A stretch of 64,000 nt of DNA from Candidatus Oxydemutatoraceae bacterium (GTDB lineage: Bacteria; Pseudomonadota; Gammaproteobacteria; Poriferisulfidales; Oxydemutatoraceae), in the NCBI GenBank assembly GCA_965211995.1, contig OZ243040.1:1362163-1426162 (forward strand). Reading direction: 5' to 3'. The notes beneath the pieces were generated by a model that saw nothing but the letters and a program-made list of their open reading frames with translations, was not told where the DNA came from and did no database searches. The number at the start of each line of letters is the position of its first letter. Within the stretch, counting starts at the first letter, position 1. A program made the translations under genes and the position numbers. This document shows, in pieces, positions 29,039-39,300 of this stretch.

Positions 29039-30202
29039 TCAACGCGCGGGGCCGAGTTTGGAAAAAAACTCGGCGACGACCGGCGCGAAATTTTCCGCGT
29101 CAACCAGAAAGGAATCGTGCCCGTAGATCGAGGCGAGTTCCTTATACGTGACTTGCCTGCCGGCCTTGACCAGCCCGTCGGCGATCTGGCGCTGCTGCTC
29201 GAGCGGAAACAGGATGTCGGTGGTGACGCCGATCACCAGCGTATGTTTTGCATGGATCCTCGCGAGGCCCGCGTTCACCGAACCGCCATGGTCGGCGACG
29301 TCGAACAAGTCCATCGCGCGTGAAAGATACAGGTAACTGTTGGCGTCGAAATTGCGCGCAAACTTCTTGGCGTTGTAGTCGAGATACGACTCAATCTCGA
29401 ACTCGACGTCGAAAGGATCACCCGAGCGCTTGCCGGGCGCGACGCGCGCACGGTCGAACCGCCGCCGCCATTCCTCGGAGGCGCGATACGACATCAGGCC
29501 GAGTTTGCGCGCGAGTGTCATGCCCTTGAACGGTTCATCGTCCGCCGGGTAAGCCCCGTCCAGCCAGTGCGGGTCGCAGCGGATGATCTCGCGTTGCAAC
29601 GAACGCACCGCGATCGTGAAAGGCAATGCGCGGCACGCCGAAGAAATCGTCACCAAATTGTCCATCTCGTCCGGATACTGCAGCGCGTACGCGAGCGCGG
29701 TCATCCCGCCCATCGAACTGCCGACGACCGCGAGCGGATGATCAATTCCAAGATCGTTCAGCGTGTGATGCGCGGACTTGGAGATGTCCTCGATTGAAAG
29801 TTCCGGAAATTCGGCGCCGTACGGGCGTGCGGTCGCGGGGTTGATCGAGGCCGGCGAGGTCGAGCCGAAGCAACTGCCGAGCGAATTGATGCAAATCACG
29901 TGAAACCGGCCGGTGTCTATCGGCTTGCCCGGCCCGATCATGTATTCCCACCAGCCGGGCGACGGGTCCTCCGGCGAGGAGCACGCGTGCGCCGACGGCG
30001 ACAGGCCGGTGAACACGAGCACGACGTTGTCGTGGTTCGGGGCCAGCGCGCCCCACGTCTCGTAGGCGATCCGCACCTCGGGCAGCCTGCCGCCCCGGTA
30101 CATCACGAATTCGCGCATGGCGTAGTCGCCCGAAAGTTTGACGTAACGGGTCGCGGGCGAAATCGCCGGCGCGGCGGCTTGCTTGTCTGTGACGGCGCTC
30201 AT
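29039..30202 (-). CDS. metX: MetX-family homoserine/serine O-acyltransferase
   Basis: YETWG, GSSMGG, YGHDSFL. TGLSPSAH resembles the serine O-succinyltransferase-type MetX subgroup, so substrate is uncertain. Confidence 0.75.
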   Translation of the reverse strand: MSAVTDKQAAAPAISPATRYVKLSGDYAMREFVMYRGGRLPEVRIAYETWGALAPNHDNVVLVFTGLSPSAHACSSPEDPSPGWWEYMIGPGKPIDTGRFHVICINSLGSCFGSTSPASINPATARPYGAEFPELSIEDISKSAHHTLNDLGIDHPLAVVGSSMGGMTALAYALQYPDEMDNLVTISSACRALPFTIAVRSLQREIIRCDPHWLDGAYPADDEPFKGMTLARKLGLMSYRASEEWRRRFDRARVAPGKRSGDPFDVEFEIESYLDYNAKKFARNFDANSYLYLSRAMDLFDVADHGGSVNAGLARIHAKHTLVIGVTTDILFPLEQQRQIADGLVKAGRQVTYKELASIYGHDSFLVDAENFAPVVAEFFSKLGPAR

Positions 30203-30246
30203 AATCCGGTCGGCGCGGCTGTATCGGCTGCGAAAAGCGCCCTATT

Positions 30247-30657
30247 TTACTCGTCGCACATGGGCAGACAAAGCACGGCGACGACCGCCAAAAAGCCGAG
30301 CGTGCCGACCGTCCAGCGCGCCCACAGCGGCTCGATGATCAACGCAACGGTGAACGCAAACGCGACCGTCAGTGAGACCGCGGACAATGCTTTCAGGCGC
30401 CGGCGCACGCAACCGCGCTCGCGCCAACGCCTGATGTCCTCGCCGAAGTGTTTGTTGTTCAGCAGCATTTGGTAAAAACGCTCGCTTGAACGCGCGTAAC
30501 ACGCCGCCGCGATGATCACGAACGGCGAGGTCGGCATGACGGGGATCAGCAAACCGATAACGCCGACGGCCAGCGACAGATGGCCCGCGAGCAGGAACAG
30601 GTAACGATTGCCCGCCGAGGCCGCGGCTTTAGCAGGCTTGGCGCCGTTATCGAACAA
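30247..30657 (-). CDS. YbaN (DUF454) inner-membrane protein
   Basis: PVMPTSPFVIIAAACYARSS; start taken as TTG 30657. Confidence 0.8.
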   Translation of the reverse strand: MFDNGAKPAKAAASAGNRYLFLLAGHLSLAVGVIGLLIPVMPTSPFVIIAAACYARSSERFYQMLLNNKHFGEDIRRWRERGCVRRRLKALSAVSLTVAFAFTVALIIEPLWARWTVGTLGFLAVVAVLCLPMCDE

Positions 30658-31015
30658 GGTTCCGCTCCGCCAGTTCCAGCAGCAAACCCACGACCGCCCC
30701 GGACTTGCCGAGGTAGTCGCACAGGTGAATCCCGACGCCGGGATGTTCGTCGCGCTTTTTCTGCAGTTCCGCCGGGATGTCCCGCCTGACGTGACGGCCG
30801 GCGGCGAGGAAATAAGGCACGGCGAACACTTCACGCGCGCCCGCGTCTATGCAGCGCTGCACCCCCTGCGGGATCGAAGGCTCGGCGAGTTCAAGGAAAG
30901 CGCACTCGACGAGGTCAAACCGCCCCTCGCCCGCAAGCCGCGACGCGAGCGTGCGCACCTCGTCGTTGGAGGAATCCACCTTGCTGCCGTGGGCTATTAA
31001 CAAAAACGCTTTCAT
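30647..31015 (-). CDS. CbiX/SirB-family chelatase (short form)
   Basis: LIAHGS, AFLELAEPSI, PYFLAAGRHV..DIP. Confidence 0.88.
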   Translation of the reverse strand: MKAFLLIAHGSKVDSSNDEVRTLASRLAGEGRFDLVECAFLELAEPSIPQGVQRCIDAGAREVFAVPYFLAAGRHVRRDIPAELQKKRDEHPGVGIHLCDYLGKSGAVVGLLLELAERNLVR

Positions 31016-31078
31016 TCTTATATTATAGAGACTAATGCAAGACTAATGCGGTCCCCGACCGTGCGCCACGCTACCGAG

Positions 31079-31744
31079 ATGAAAAAAACAATCCCGCCCG
31101 TATGCCTGCTGCTGGCATTGACCGCCTGCTCGAACGTCGCCACGCAGATCAAGGGCCTCGGCAAATTGGACGTGGATCTGGTCAGCGACATTCATATCCT
31201 GGTGCTCAGAAACCACCTCCACGAAATGGCCCTGAAACTTTACGACAGGAATCCGGATGAACTCGGTAAAACACCGGGGTTGTCGCTCGAAGCACGCCTC
31301 GCGCAGATCCTCGATCACCCGACCGACGTCTCGTACCGGGAACTCGACTACAAGCACAGCGTGCCCGCGATCGAGTTGGCTCTTGACCACGACTACCGCG
31401 GCGACCGCGTGTTTGCGCTGCTGCTCGGCATCAACAGCATGCTGAAATTCTCGTATAACGATCTCAACGAATTGTTCATGTTCAACGAACTCGACCCGCA
31501 AAAACTTTATGACAGCGCCAGAAACCTCGAGAAGATCGCATCGCGGCTGCGCCTCGAAACCCGCCGCGGAAAACCGCTGATCAACTTGGGGCCGATGCAC
31601 GGTCGAGGCGCGTTTGAAGACACCATCGCCCGTATGGCCGGCGTCCAGGACGTGATGGCCGAGATCATCGCCGCCAAAACGCAGCGCATCGTCAACAAAA
31701 CGGTGCAAAGCGCCACGACCCTCCTTATCCCGGTCAAACTCTAG
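31079..31744 (+). CDS. Hypothetical lipoprotein
   Basis: MKK-hydrophobic-LTAC lipobox. Confidence 0.75.
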   Translation: MKKTIPPVCLLLALTACSNVATQIKGLGKLDVDLVSDIHILVLRNHLHEMALKLYDRNPDELGKTPGLSLEARLAQILDHPTDVSYRELDYKHSVPAIELALDHDYRGDRVFALLLGINSMLKFSYNDLNELFMFNELDPQKLYDSARNLEKIASRLRLETRRGKPLINLGPMHGRGAFEDTIARMAGVQDVMAEIIAAKTQRIVNKTVQSATTLLIPVKL

Positions 31745-31910
31745 CGCCGCGCCGACGGAACTTGGGGCCGATGCACGGTCGAGGCGTGTTTGAAAACACC
31801 ATCGCCCGCATGACCCGGCGGCCGGGACGTAATGGCCGGGATCATCGCCGCCAAAACGCAGCGCATCGTCAACAAAACGGTGCCGCACCCCTCCTTATCC
31901 CGCTCAGGCT
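31583..31910. repeat. 176-bp-period duplication of the lipoprotein gene 3' end; downstream copy degenerate
   Basis: aacttggggccgatgcacggtcgagg at 31583 and 31759; downstream copy has substitutions and indels. Confidence 0.9.
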
Positions 31911-31938
31911 TTGGGAGCGGGCCGGGCGGCAAAGATCT

Positions 31939-33306
31939 TCAGGAGGCGGACAGCCCGGCGAGTGCCGCGCCGCCCATGTTCTTGATCACTTCTTCACCGA
32001 AGCCCGAGGTCGTCACGAGGGTGGCGCCCGGCATCAGGCGCTGAAGGTCGGCGGCGACGTCGTCGCGGCTGCCGAGCCTGCGCACGCCGGCGGCGAGGCC
32101 GCCCCTGACGCGCGCGAGGTCGTAAGTGACGGTCTTCGCGGCGATCGCGCCGGCGACGCCGCCGAGAACGAGATCGGCGGCTTCGTTCCAACCCATGTAG
32201 CGCAGCATCATCTCAGCGGACAGGATGATCGAGCCGGGATTGACGCGGTTTTTGCCGGCGTATTTCGGCGCGCTGCCGTGGGTCGCTTCAAACACCGCGA
32301 CCGTGTCCGACATATTCGCACCCGGCGCGATGCCGATGCCGCCGACCTGCGCGGCCAGTGCGTCGGAAATGTAGTCGCCGTTGAGATTAAGCGTTGCGAT
32401 AACGTCGTACTCGTCGGGCTTGAGCAGAATCTGCTGCAGAAAATTGTCGGCGATCACGTCCTTGACGACGATATCCCCGCCGCTCACGGGGTTTTTGAAC
32501 TTGCGCCACGGGCCGTCGCCGATGACCTCGGCGCCGAACTCCTCGGTCACCAATTCGTAGCCCCAGTTGCGGAAAGCGCCTTCGGTGAACTTCATGATGT
32601 TGCCCTTGTGCACCAGCGACACCGAACTGCGGTCATTGTCTATCGCGTAGCGCACCGCCATTCTGATCAGCCGCTGCGAGCCTTCCTGAGAGACCGGCTT
32701 GATGCCGATGCCCGAAGAGCCGGGAAAGCGGATGCCTTCGACTTTCATCGTATCCTGCAAAAACGAGATAACCTTGCGCACGTCGTCGGACTGGGCCGGC
32801 CACTCGATGCCGGCGTAGATGTCTTCGGTGTTCTCGCGGAACACCACCATATCGGTGGCGGACGACTGCTTCATCGGCGTCGGCGTGCCCGGAAAATAGC
32901 GGATCGGCCTGATGCAGGCGTAGAGGTCGAGCCGCTGGCGGATTGCGACGTTGAGCGAGCGGATGCCTTCGCCGACCGGCGTCGTCAGCGGCCCCTTGAT
33001 CGAAACCGCGTAGTTGCACATCGCGTCGAAAGTCTCCTGCGGCAACCACTGGTCGGGGCCGTAGATCCCGGCCGCTTTTTCGCCGGCGTAGATCTCCATC
33101 CACACAATCCCGCGGCGGTCGGCGTAAGCCGAGGCGACCGCGGCGTCCACCACCTGCCGCATCACCGGCGTGACGTCAACGCCGATGCCGTCGCCTTCGA
33201 TGAACGGAATAACCGGGTGGTCGGGCACCGACAGCGAGCCGTCGGCGCGGTGCGTGATCGCGCCGCCCCGCTGCGGAACCTTTATATGTTGATACGCCAC
33301 CACCAC
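31939..33306 (-). CDS. icd: NADP-dependent isocitrate dehydrogenase (E. coli type)
   Basis: [43 protein letters not shown]. Confidence 0.97.
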   Translation of the reverse strand: MVVAYQHIKVPQRGGAITHRADGSLSVPDHPVIPFIEGDGIGVDVTPVMRQVVDAAVASAYADRRGIVWMEIYAGEKAAGIYGPDQWLPQETFDAMCNYAVSIKGPLTTPVGEGIRSLNVAIRQRLDLYACIRPIRYFPGTPTPMKQSSATDMVVFRENTEDIYAGIEWPAQSDDVRKVISFLQDTMKVEGIRFPGSSGIGIKPVSQEGSQRLIRMAVRYAIDNDRSSVSLVHKGNIMKFTEGAFRNWGYELVTEEFGAEVIGDGPWRKFKNPVSGGDIVVKDVIADNFLQQILLKPDEYDVIATLNLNGDYISDALAAQVGGIGIAPGANMSDTVAVFEATHGSAPKYAGKNRVNPGSIILSAEMMLRYMGWNEAADLVLGGVAGAIAAKTVTYDLARVRGGLAAGVRRLGSRDDVAADLQRLMPGATLVTTSGFGEEVIKNMGGAALAGLSAS

Positions 33307-33327
33307 CGGCTCCGTTCTGAAATGGGT

Positions 33328-34605
33328 TCAGAACTGTTCTTCCTCGGTCGAGCCGGTCAGCGCGGTGACCGACGACGCGCCGCCCTGGATCACGGTGGTG
33401 ACGTCGTCGAAATAGCCGGTGCCGACTTCGGCCTGGTGGCTCGAAAAGGTATAGCCCCGGTCGCGCGCCGCGAACTCTTTCTCCTGCACCAGATCAACGT
33501 AGGCGGTCATGCCCTTTTCGACGTAGCGCCCGGCGAGATCGAACATGTTGAACCACATGTTGTGGATGCCCGCGAGCGTGATGAACTGGTACTTGTAGCC
33601 CATCGCGCCGAGTTCCTTCTGAAAGCGCGCGATCACCGCGTCGTCGAGTTTCTTCTTCCAGTTGAACGACGGCGAACAGTTGTACGCGAGCAACTGCCCG
33701 GGGTGCTCCTTGCGCACCGCTTCGGCAAAGCGCTTCGCTTCGTCGAGGTCGGGCACCGCGGTTTCGCACCACAGCAGGTCGGCGTAGGGCGCGTAGGCGA
33801 CGGCGCGCGCAATCGCCTGGTCGAGGCCGGCATGGGTGCGGTAAAAGCCTTCGGCGGTGCGCTCGCCGGTGACGAACGGCGCATCGTGCGGGTCCACGTC
33901 GGAAGTCAGCAGGTTCGCCGCGTTGGCGTCGGTGCGCGCAAGAATGATCGTCGGGGTGTTGCTGATGTCGGCGGCGAGACGCGCGGCGACCAACTTCTGG
34001 ATCGCTTCCTGCGTCGGCACCAGCACCTTGCCGCCCATGTGCCCGCACTTCTTGGCCGATGCAAGTTGATCTTCGAAATGCACCCCGGCCGCGCCGGCGT
34101 CGATCATCGCTTTCATCAACTCGAACGCGTTGAGCACGCCGCCGAAACCGGCCTCGGCGTCGGCGACGATCGGCGCGAACATTTCCGCGCCCTCGTTGCC
34201 TTTCGCCCACTCGATCTGGTCGGCGCGCGCGAAAGTCCGGTTGATGCGCCGCACCACTTCGGGCACCGAATTCGCCGGATACAGCGACTGGTCGGGATAC
34301 ATCTCGCCGGCGAGATTGGCGTCGGCCGCGACCTGCCATCCCGACAGGTAAATTGCTTTGACGCCGGCCTTGACCTGCTGCAAAGATTGACCGCCGCTCA
34401 AAGCACCGAGGCAGTTGAGGTAGTCCTCTGCGTGCAGCAGCCCCCACAACTTTTCCGCGCCGCGCCGCGCGTAAGTGAATTCGGCTTGCACCGAGCCCTG
34501 CAAGCGCACGACGTCGGCGGCGCCGTAGGTGCGCTTGACGCGCCGCCACCGCGGGTCATCGTCCCAACTTTTTTGTATGGCCGCTATTCTCGCCTGCTTA
34601 CTCAC
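33328..34605 (-). CDS. aceA: isocitrate lyase
   Basis: KKCGHMGGK signature, C-terminal STEEEQF; GTG 34605 preceded by GGAGG. Confidence 0.98.
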   Translation of the reverse strand: MSKQARIAAIQKSWDDDPRWRRVKRTYGAADVVRLQGSVQAEFTYARRGAEKLWGLLHAEDYLNCLGALSGGQSLQQVKAGVKAIYLSGWQVAADANLAGEMYPDQSLYPANSVPEVVRRINRTFARADQIEWAKGNEGAEMFAPIVADAEAGFGGVLNAFELMKAMIDAGAAGVHFEDQLASAKKCGHMGGKVLVPTQEAIQKLVAARLAADISNTPTIILARTDANAANLLTSDVDPHDAPFVTGERTAEGFYRTHAGLDQAIARAVAYAPYADLLWCETAVPDLDEAKRFAEAVRKEHPGQLLAYNCSPSFNWKKKLDDAVIARFQKELGAMGYKYQFITLAGIHNMWFNMFDLAGRYVEKGMTAYVDLVQEKEFAARDRGYTFSSHQAEVGTGYFDDVTTVIQGGASSVTALTGSTEEEQF

Positions 34606-35014
34606 TTTTTCGATGCCTCCGTGTTTATAAGGCGCTTCCCCCGAAACCGGCGACCGAAACGTGAGCGTAAGCCTCGGTGCGGAAGCGCGAACTGAAGCCA
34701 GAAAGGGTTCAAAAAACAATTTTATATGATAGCAGTTTCCACCCGCGGCATGGCGCCCGCGTTCAGCACATTCGTCTCCGTACGCTCGTTGTCCGGCGCG
34801 TGCGCGTCCGCGTCCCGGCACGTTCCCGGGGAAGCGGTTTTCAACGGCCTGCGGCGGCGGGCCGACTTCCTTTGCGTTGGTATTTCTCTCCCCGCCGGTC
34901 GGGTTGCGCCTGGGATTGCTCCCCTCTCAGGGGGCGCAGTTGACCTTTCCCCCGAAAAGGTAGCCATTTTCAGAGAGACTTTTCCGATAAAATCGACCAT
35001 AAGGAGGTCTCATA

Positions 35015-35281
35015 ATGAAAGGCAAGCGATACAGCACAGAGAAAATCATAGGCATACTCAAGGAGTATGAAGCTGGCATACCGGTGCAGGATGTCGTCCG
35101 CAAGCATGGTATCGCCAACGGCACGTTTTATCGGTGGAAATCGAAGTACGGCGGCATGGAGGTGTCGGAAGCAAAGCGGTTACGGGAACTGGAATCGGAA
35201 AACGCGAAGTTGAAGCGACTGCTGGCGGATACGTTGCTGGACAAGACCGCACTTGAGGACGTACTCGGAAAAAAGTGGTGA
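35015..35281 (+). CDS. IS3-family transposase OrfA
   Basis: HTH (RKHGIANGTFYRWKSKYGG) and LESENAKLKRLLA zipper. Confidence 0.95.
   Translation: MKGKRYSTEKIIGILKEYEAGIPVQDVVRKHGIANGTFYRWKSKYGGMEVSEAKRLRELESENAKLKRLLADTLLDKTALEDVLGKKW
35269..35275 (+). other. -1 programmed frameshift site (A6G)
   Basis: AAAAAAG at the orfA/orfB overlap; orfB is in the -1 frame. Confidence 0.8.
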
Positions 35282-36093
35282 GGCCGACGCAGCGACGCGG
35301 CGCCGTCGTGTATCTGCAGTCGGCCTATCGCATGAGTCAACGCAGGGCGTGCCGGCTGGCGCTGCTCAGCCGCAAAGCGGCTGCTTACCAAGCCGTTGCA
35401 CGCAATGACGGGGCACTAAAAAAGCGGCTCAAGGAACTGGCTGAACGCTACCCGCGATACGGGTATCTGATGCTGCACGCATTGCTCAAGGCCGAGGGCC
35501 TGGTGGTCAATCGCAAACGCACCTATCGCCTGTATACAGCGCTCGGTATGCAACTCAGAACCCGGCGGCGTAAGAAACTGGTTCGGCCTCGGGTCCCGAT
35601 GGCTTTACCTGCCCAAGTGAACGAACGTTGGTCATTGGACTTTGTGCACGACCAATTGGCGGATGGCCGGCGTATCCGGGTACTCAACGTTATTGATGAC
35701 TTCTCCCGGAAATGTGTTGGCCAACTGGTTGACACGTCCATCTCCGGCGCTCGTCTGGCTCGGTATCTGGATGAACTCGCCCTGACCCGCTCACTGCCTG
35801 CCTCGCTCGTGCTGGACAATGGCCCGGAACTGACCAGCAAAGCTATGTTCTTCTGGGCACACAAAACCAAAGTAAAACTCTGCTTCATTCAGCCGGGGAA
35901 ACCCACTCAGAATGCTTATGTTGAGAGCTTCAACGGACGCTTCCGTGACGGCTGCCTGAATCAACATTGGTTTAGGTCGCTCAATGATGCCAGGCAGATC
36001 ATTAACGACTGGCGACATCACTACAACAATGTACGACCGCACAGCTCACTAGGCTATCGGGCACCAACCGTGTTCGAAGCAGAGGCTGCATGA
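35275..36093 (+). CDS. IS3-family transposase OrfB (DDE)
   Basis: WSLDF, DNGPE, PGKPTQNAYVESFNG. Confidence 0.95.
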   Translation: MVRPTQRRGAVVYLQSAYRMSQRRACRLALLSRKAAAYQAVARNDGALKKRLKELAERYPRYGYLMLHALLKAEGLVVNRKRTYRLYTALGMQLRTRRRKKLVRPRVPMALPAQVNERWSLDFVHDQLADGRRIRVLNVIDDFSRKCVGQLVDTSISGARLARYLDELALTRSLPASLVLDNGPELTSKAMFFWAHKTKVKLCFIQPGKPTQNAYVESFNGRFRDGCLNQHWFRSLNDARQIINDWRHHYNNVRPHSSLGYRAPTVFEAEAA

Positions 36094-36393
36094 TATGATG
36101 TTTTTGTCTCTCTTTGAATGGCTACCCAACAGGGGAAAGGTCACAGTCAGGGAGCAAGAGAAGTCGTTGCCGGTCGCCGGCGGCGGGCTGACTTCCTTTG
36201 CGTTGGTATTTCTCTCCCCACCGGTCGGGTTGCGCCTGGGATTGCTCCCCTCTCAGGGGCGCAGTCAGGGAGAAGCCGTTGTCGGTCGCCGGCGGCGGGC
36301 CGACTTCCTTTGCGTTGGTATTTCTCTCTCCGCCGGCCGGGTTGCGCCTGGGATTGCTCCCCTCTCAGGGGCGCAGTCAGGGAGAAGTCGTTG

Positions 36394-39300
36394 TCAGTCG
36401 CGGGCGGTCGCCGGCCGCGGCGTGCGCCGCCGCCGACCGTAAGGGAGCGCGCCGAGGAGCAGCAGGAGCAGCCATACCGGATCCATGGCACCGCCACCAC
36501 CGCCACTGGTCGGATCCGGATCCGGATCCGGCGTCTCCTCATCCTCGGTGAACACGACCAATGCAACCGGGTCGTGAATAACGCCGTTCGCCGTCAGATC
36601 GGCGTCGTTTACCTGGACGTCGTTTACACCGCCGTCCTGGATCTGCAGCAACAGACATTCGTCGCCCGTGCGCACGCCGGCGGTTGCCGCCAAATACCAC
36701 GCGTGAGCGTCCCGGTTGAAAGCCTCGTCGTCGGGCTGCCGCGATGCACTGATCGCAGGACACGGCTTCGGTGCGCTGTACACCCTGTCGGTATTCGTTT
36801 GAATAAACTCACTCCATTCCAGACCGGCGGCGGTGGTGTCGCGGAATTTGTGCACCAACCAAGTCTGGCCCGTGATCACCGTCGCCGGCGCGAGCAGCGG
36901 TATCACTACGGTGACTACGTCGCCGTCCTCCATGCCGCTGACGGCGTAATCAAATACGCCGGTCGCCGTGTTCAGCGTCCCGATCAGGTCTCCTCTGTTC
37001 GGCACCTCCTGATTGATGCCGAGCGTGCCGAGCGCGGCGCTACGCAGCGCCGCCGAGAAATCTTCACTGCTGTCCGCACCCGCACCTTGCACCCGCGCGG
37101 CGGCCTGAGCGTAGCCGCCCAGGGCCAGGGTCAAATCGGACTGGATCGGCGGGCCGGACATCCGCAGCGCCATCTGCTGCGCCATCTGCTGCGCCTCATC
37201 CGGGTCCGGGTCGCGTGCCTCACCGTTCCTGTATGCCTGCAACAGGCGTCTGTTGACTTCATTTTCATCGGCGTGGTCGTCCGGCACGCCATCGTTATCG
37301 CCGTCGACTTCATCCGTCACGACGATGACCCTGAATTCGCCTTCGACCGTTGCCCCCGGCGTGGATACCGCCCTGACCTCGATGGTCTCACCGGCGATGC
37401 CGTCAATGGCCGCGGCGACGTCGCGCAAATTGACAGGCGATGATGCAGCCGCCATCGCCAGATCCCCAATATCTATCGGCGGGGAGAATCTATTGGGGCC
37501 GGCGGCATCAGTGCCGTATTTTCTGACACTGATCGTAAATTCGGCCGCTCCCGTGACATTGAATATCGGGAAAGCAGTCGCTACGTCGGCGACGTTCAGA
37601 GGCAGACTCGTCGGCTGACTTGCCGTCTGATCCGTGAAGAAGTTGAACTCTGCCTCGTCCGGGCGGCCATATACCGACACCATCACGGCGGCGTTGCCCA
37701 GCGCAAACAATCGCTGCCCCGTGAGATCGCCGGCCGTTAAACCTCCTATCTCGTTCGTGTTGCTCGCGCCGGAGAATATGAAGTCGTTCACGCTCTCTAT
37801 AACCACTGCCCCCGTTGAATCTGCTGCGGGCAGCGAGACGCCCACCGCCTGCAACGAACCTCTTTGAGGGTGGTCCTCATTGAATCCGGCGGGGGCAACA
37901 TCCTCTGCGTCTCCATCTCCCACCGTTATGGAGAAAGTGCTTACCTCGACAGGAGCGCCCATATCGTCCAATGAAGCGGCAACCGAGATTGGCAGATCAA
38001 CGTTCTGCGTCCCCGTCTCCCGCACGACCAGTGCCTCGACGTCAAATCCCACCGGCGGTGCGACATAGATGTACCTGATCGCCCTGACCCTGACGTCGGG
38101 GTCGGGGTCGGAACTGAACCCTTCCCACAGCACCCGGGTGGTGAATGAGTTGATGGACGTCGGCCGCAGATCCAACGGCGAACATCCAACGGCTGCCGAG
38201 TCGCCTTCGATAATCGCCATTGCACAGGCGGGCGTGTACTCGTAGGCAATCAGATTGTCGCCGCACTCTGCACACGTCGCCACAGCCGGATTTATCCGGG
38301 TCATCGCGGCTTTTCCGGGGACCAGGATGTAGGGCGACGGCACGCCATCCCCCACCGCACCTGGTGCGAGATTCTCCCCATTGATGCTGATCGCCACCGA
38401 CGACGACACCATCACACCTACTGTGTCAACAGCGGACAAGGGGGTCGTGGAATGCATGTCGGTCACGGTCAACTGGAACGTCAGGTCCGTGTTCATCGCC
38501 ACATTGGGCGCCGTGAACATGGGCTGCGCGGCCGTGGGGTCATCCAGCGCCACGACGGGTGTGCCAATCTGCTCCCACTCGAAACTCAGCGGCTGACCCT
38601 CCGGATCTCTTGAGCGGCTGCCGTCCAGTATCACGGTCGCGCCTTGAGCCACCATGTCATCGCTGACATCAGCCAGGGCCGTTGGCGTGTCGTTCACCGC
38701 GATCACGGTGACCATCACCGTGTCGTTGTCGGACGAATTCCGTGCGTCGCTCACCGTCAACTGGAACATCAATTCTGCGTCCTCGACCAGCAGATCGGGC
38801 GCTATGAACGTAGTCTGCGCGGCCGTGGGGTCATCCAGATCCACGGTGGGCGTGCCATCCGTCTGCGTCCATGCGTAACTCAGCGTCTCGCCCTCCGGAT
38901 CAGCGCCGCTGCCTTCCAGCGTCACCATATCTCCCTCGCCCACGATCAGATCGTCGCCCGCGTCCACTGTCGGCGCGTCGTTCGCCCCGGCGACCACGGT
39001 GATGTCTATCGTGGCAACGCCGGTCAAGCCCGGAGTCCCTCCGTCGGTCACCGTCAACTGGAACGTCAATACCACATCCATAACCAGTTGAGGGGGCGCC
39101 GTGAACATGGGCTGCGCGGCCGTGGGGTTATCCAGCGCCACGGTTGTGCCGTCCGTCTGTGTCCATGCGTAACTCAGCGCGCCCTCCGGATCGCTTGAGC
39201 CGCTGCCGTCCAGCGTCACGGGCGTGCCTTCATTCACACTTGCCGGCGCATTGATCACCGCCGTCGGCGCATCGTTCTCCCCGGTGATCGTGATGGTCAC

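Larger units (their letters stand above)
34941..36143 (+). mobile_element. Complete IS3-family insertion sequence (IS407-like), 1203 bp
   Basis: Imperfect ~39-bp terminal IRs (TGACCTTTCCCC...GGTAGCCATT) with TG...CA ends; CAGT direct repeats at 34937-34940 and 36144-36147. Confidence 0.96.
34831..36420. repeat. ~112-118 bp tandem array (3 copies plus a partial) just downstream of the giant gene, split by the IS
   Basis: gacttcctttgcgttggtatttctctc...gggttgcgcctgggattgctcccctctcagggg at ~34864, ~36190 and ~36302. Confidence 0.9.

Noticed and set aside
31583-31910. Diversity-generating retroelement TR/VR pair (also considered for the thrC copies)
   Set aside because: Differences involve all bases plus indels rather than adenines only, and no reverse transcriptase is present in the window.
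31762-34695. 977-aa + strand ORF and similar long ORFs (4555-6171, 45586-48573, 49393-52365, 55792-58023, 61450-63681)
   Set aside because: Antisense shadows of well-supported genes in GC-rich DNA; Arg/His-rich with no recognisable motifs.
36511-36531. (GATCCG)n hexamer as a phase-variation tract
   Set aside because: Only ~3 in-frame units encoding a PD linker; slippage would not shift the frame.
36394-38400. RTX/T1SS-secreted or autotransporter adhesin
   Set aside because: No GGxGxD nonapeptides and no C-terminal beta-barrel; the terminus is a Gly-rich + TM + basic tail.
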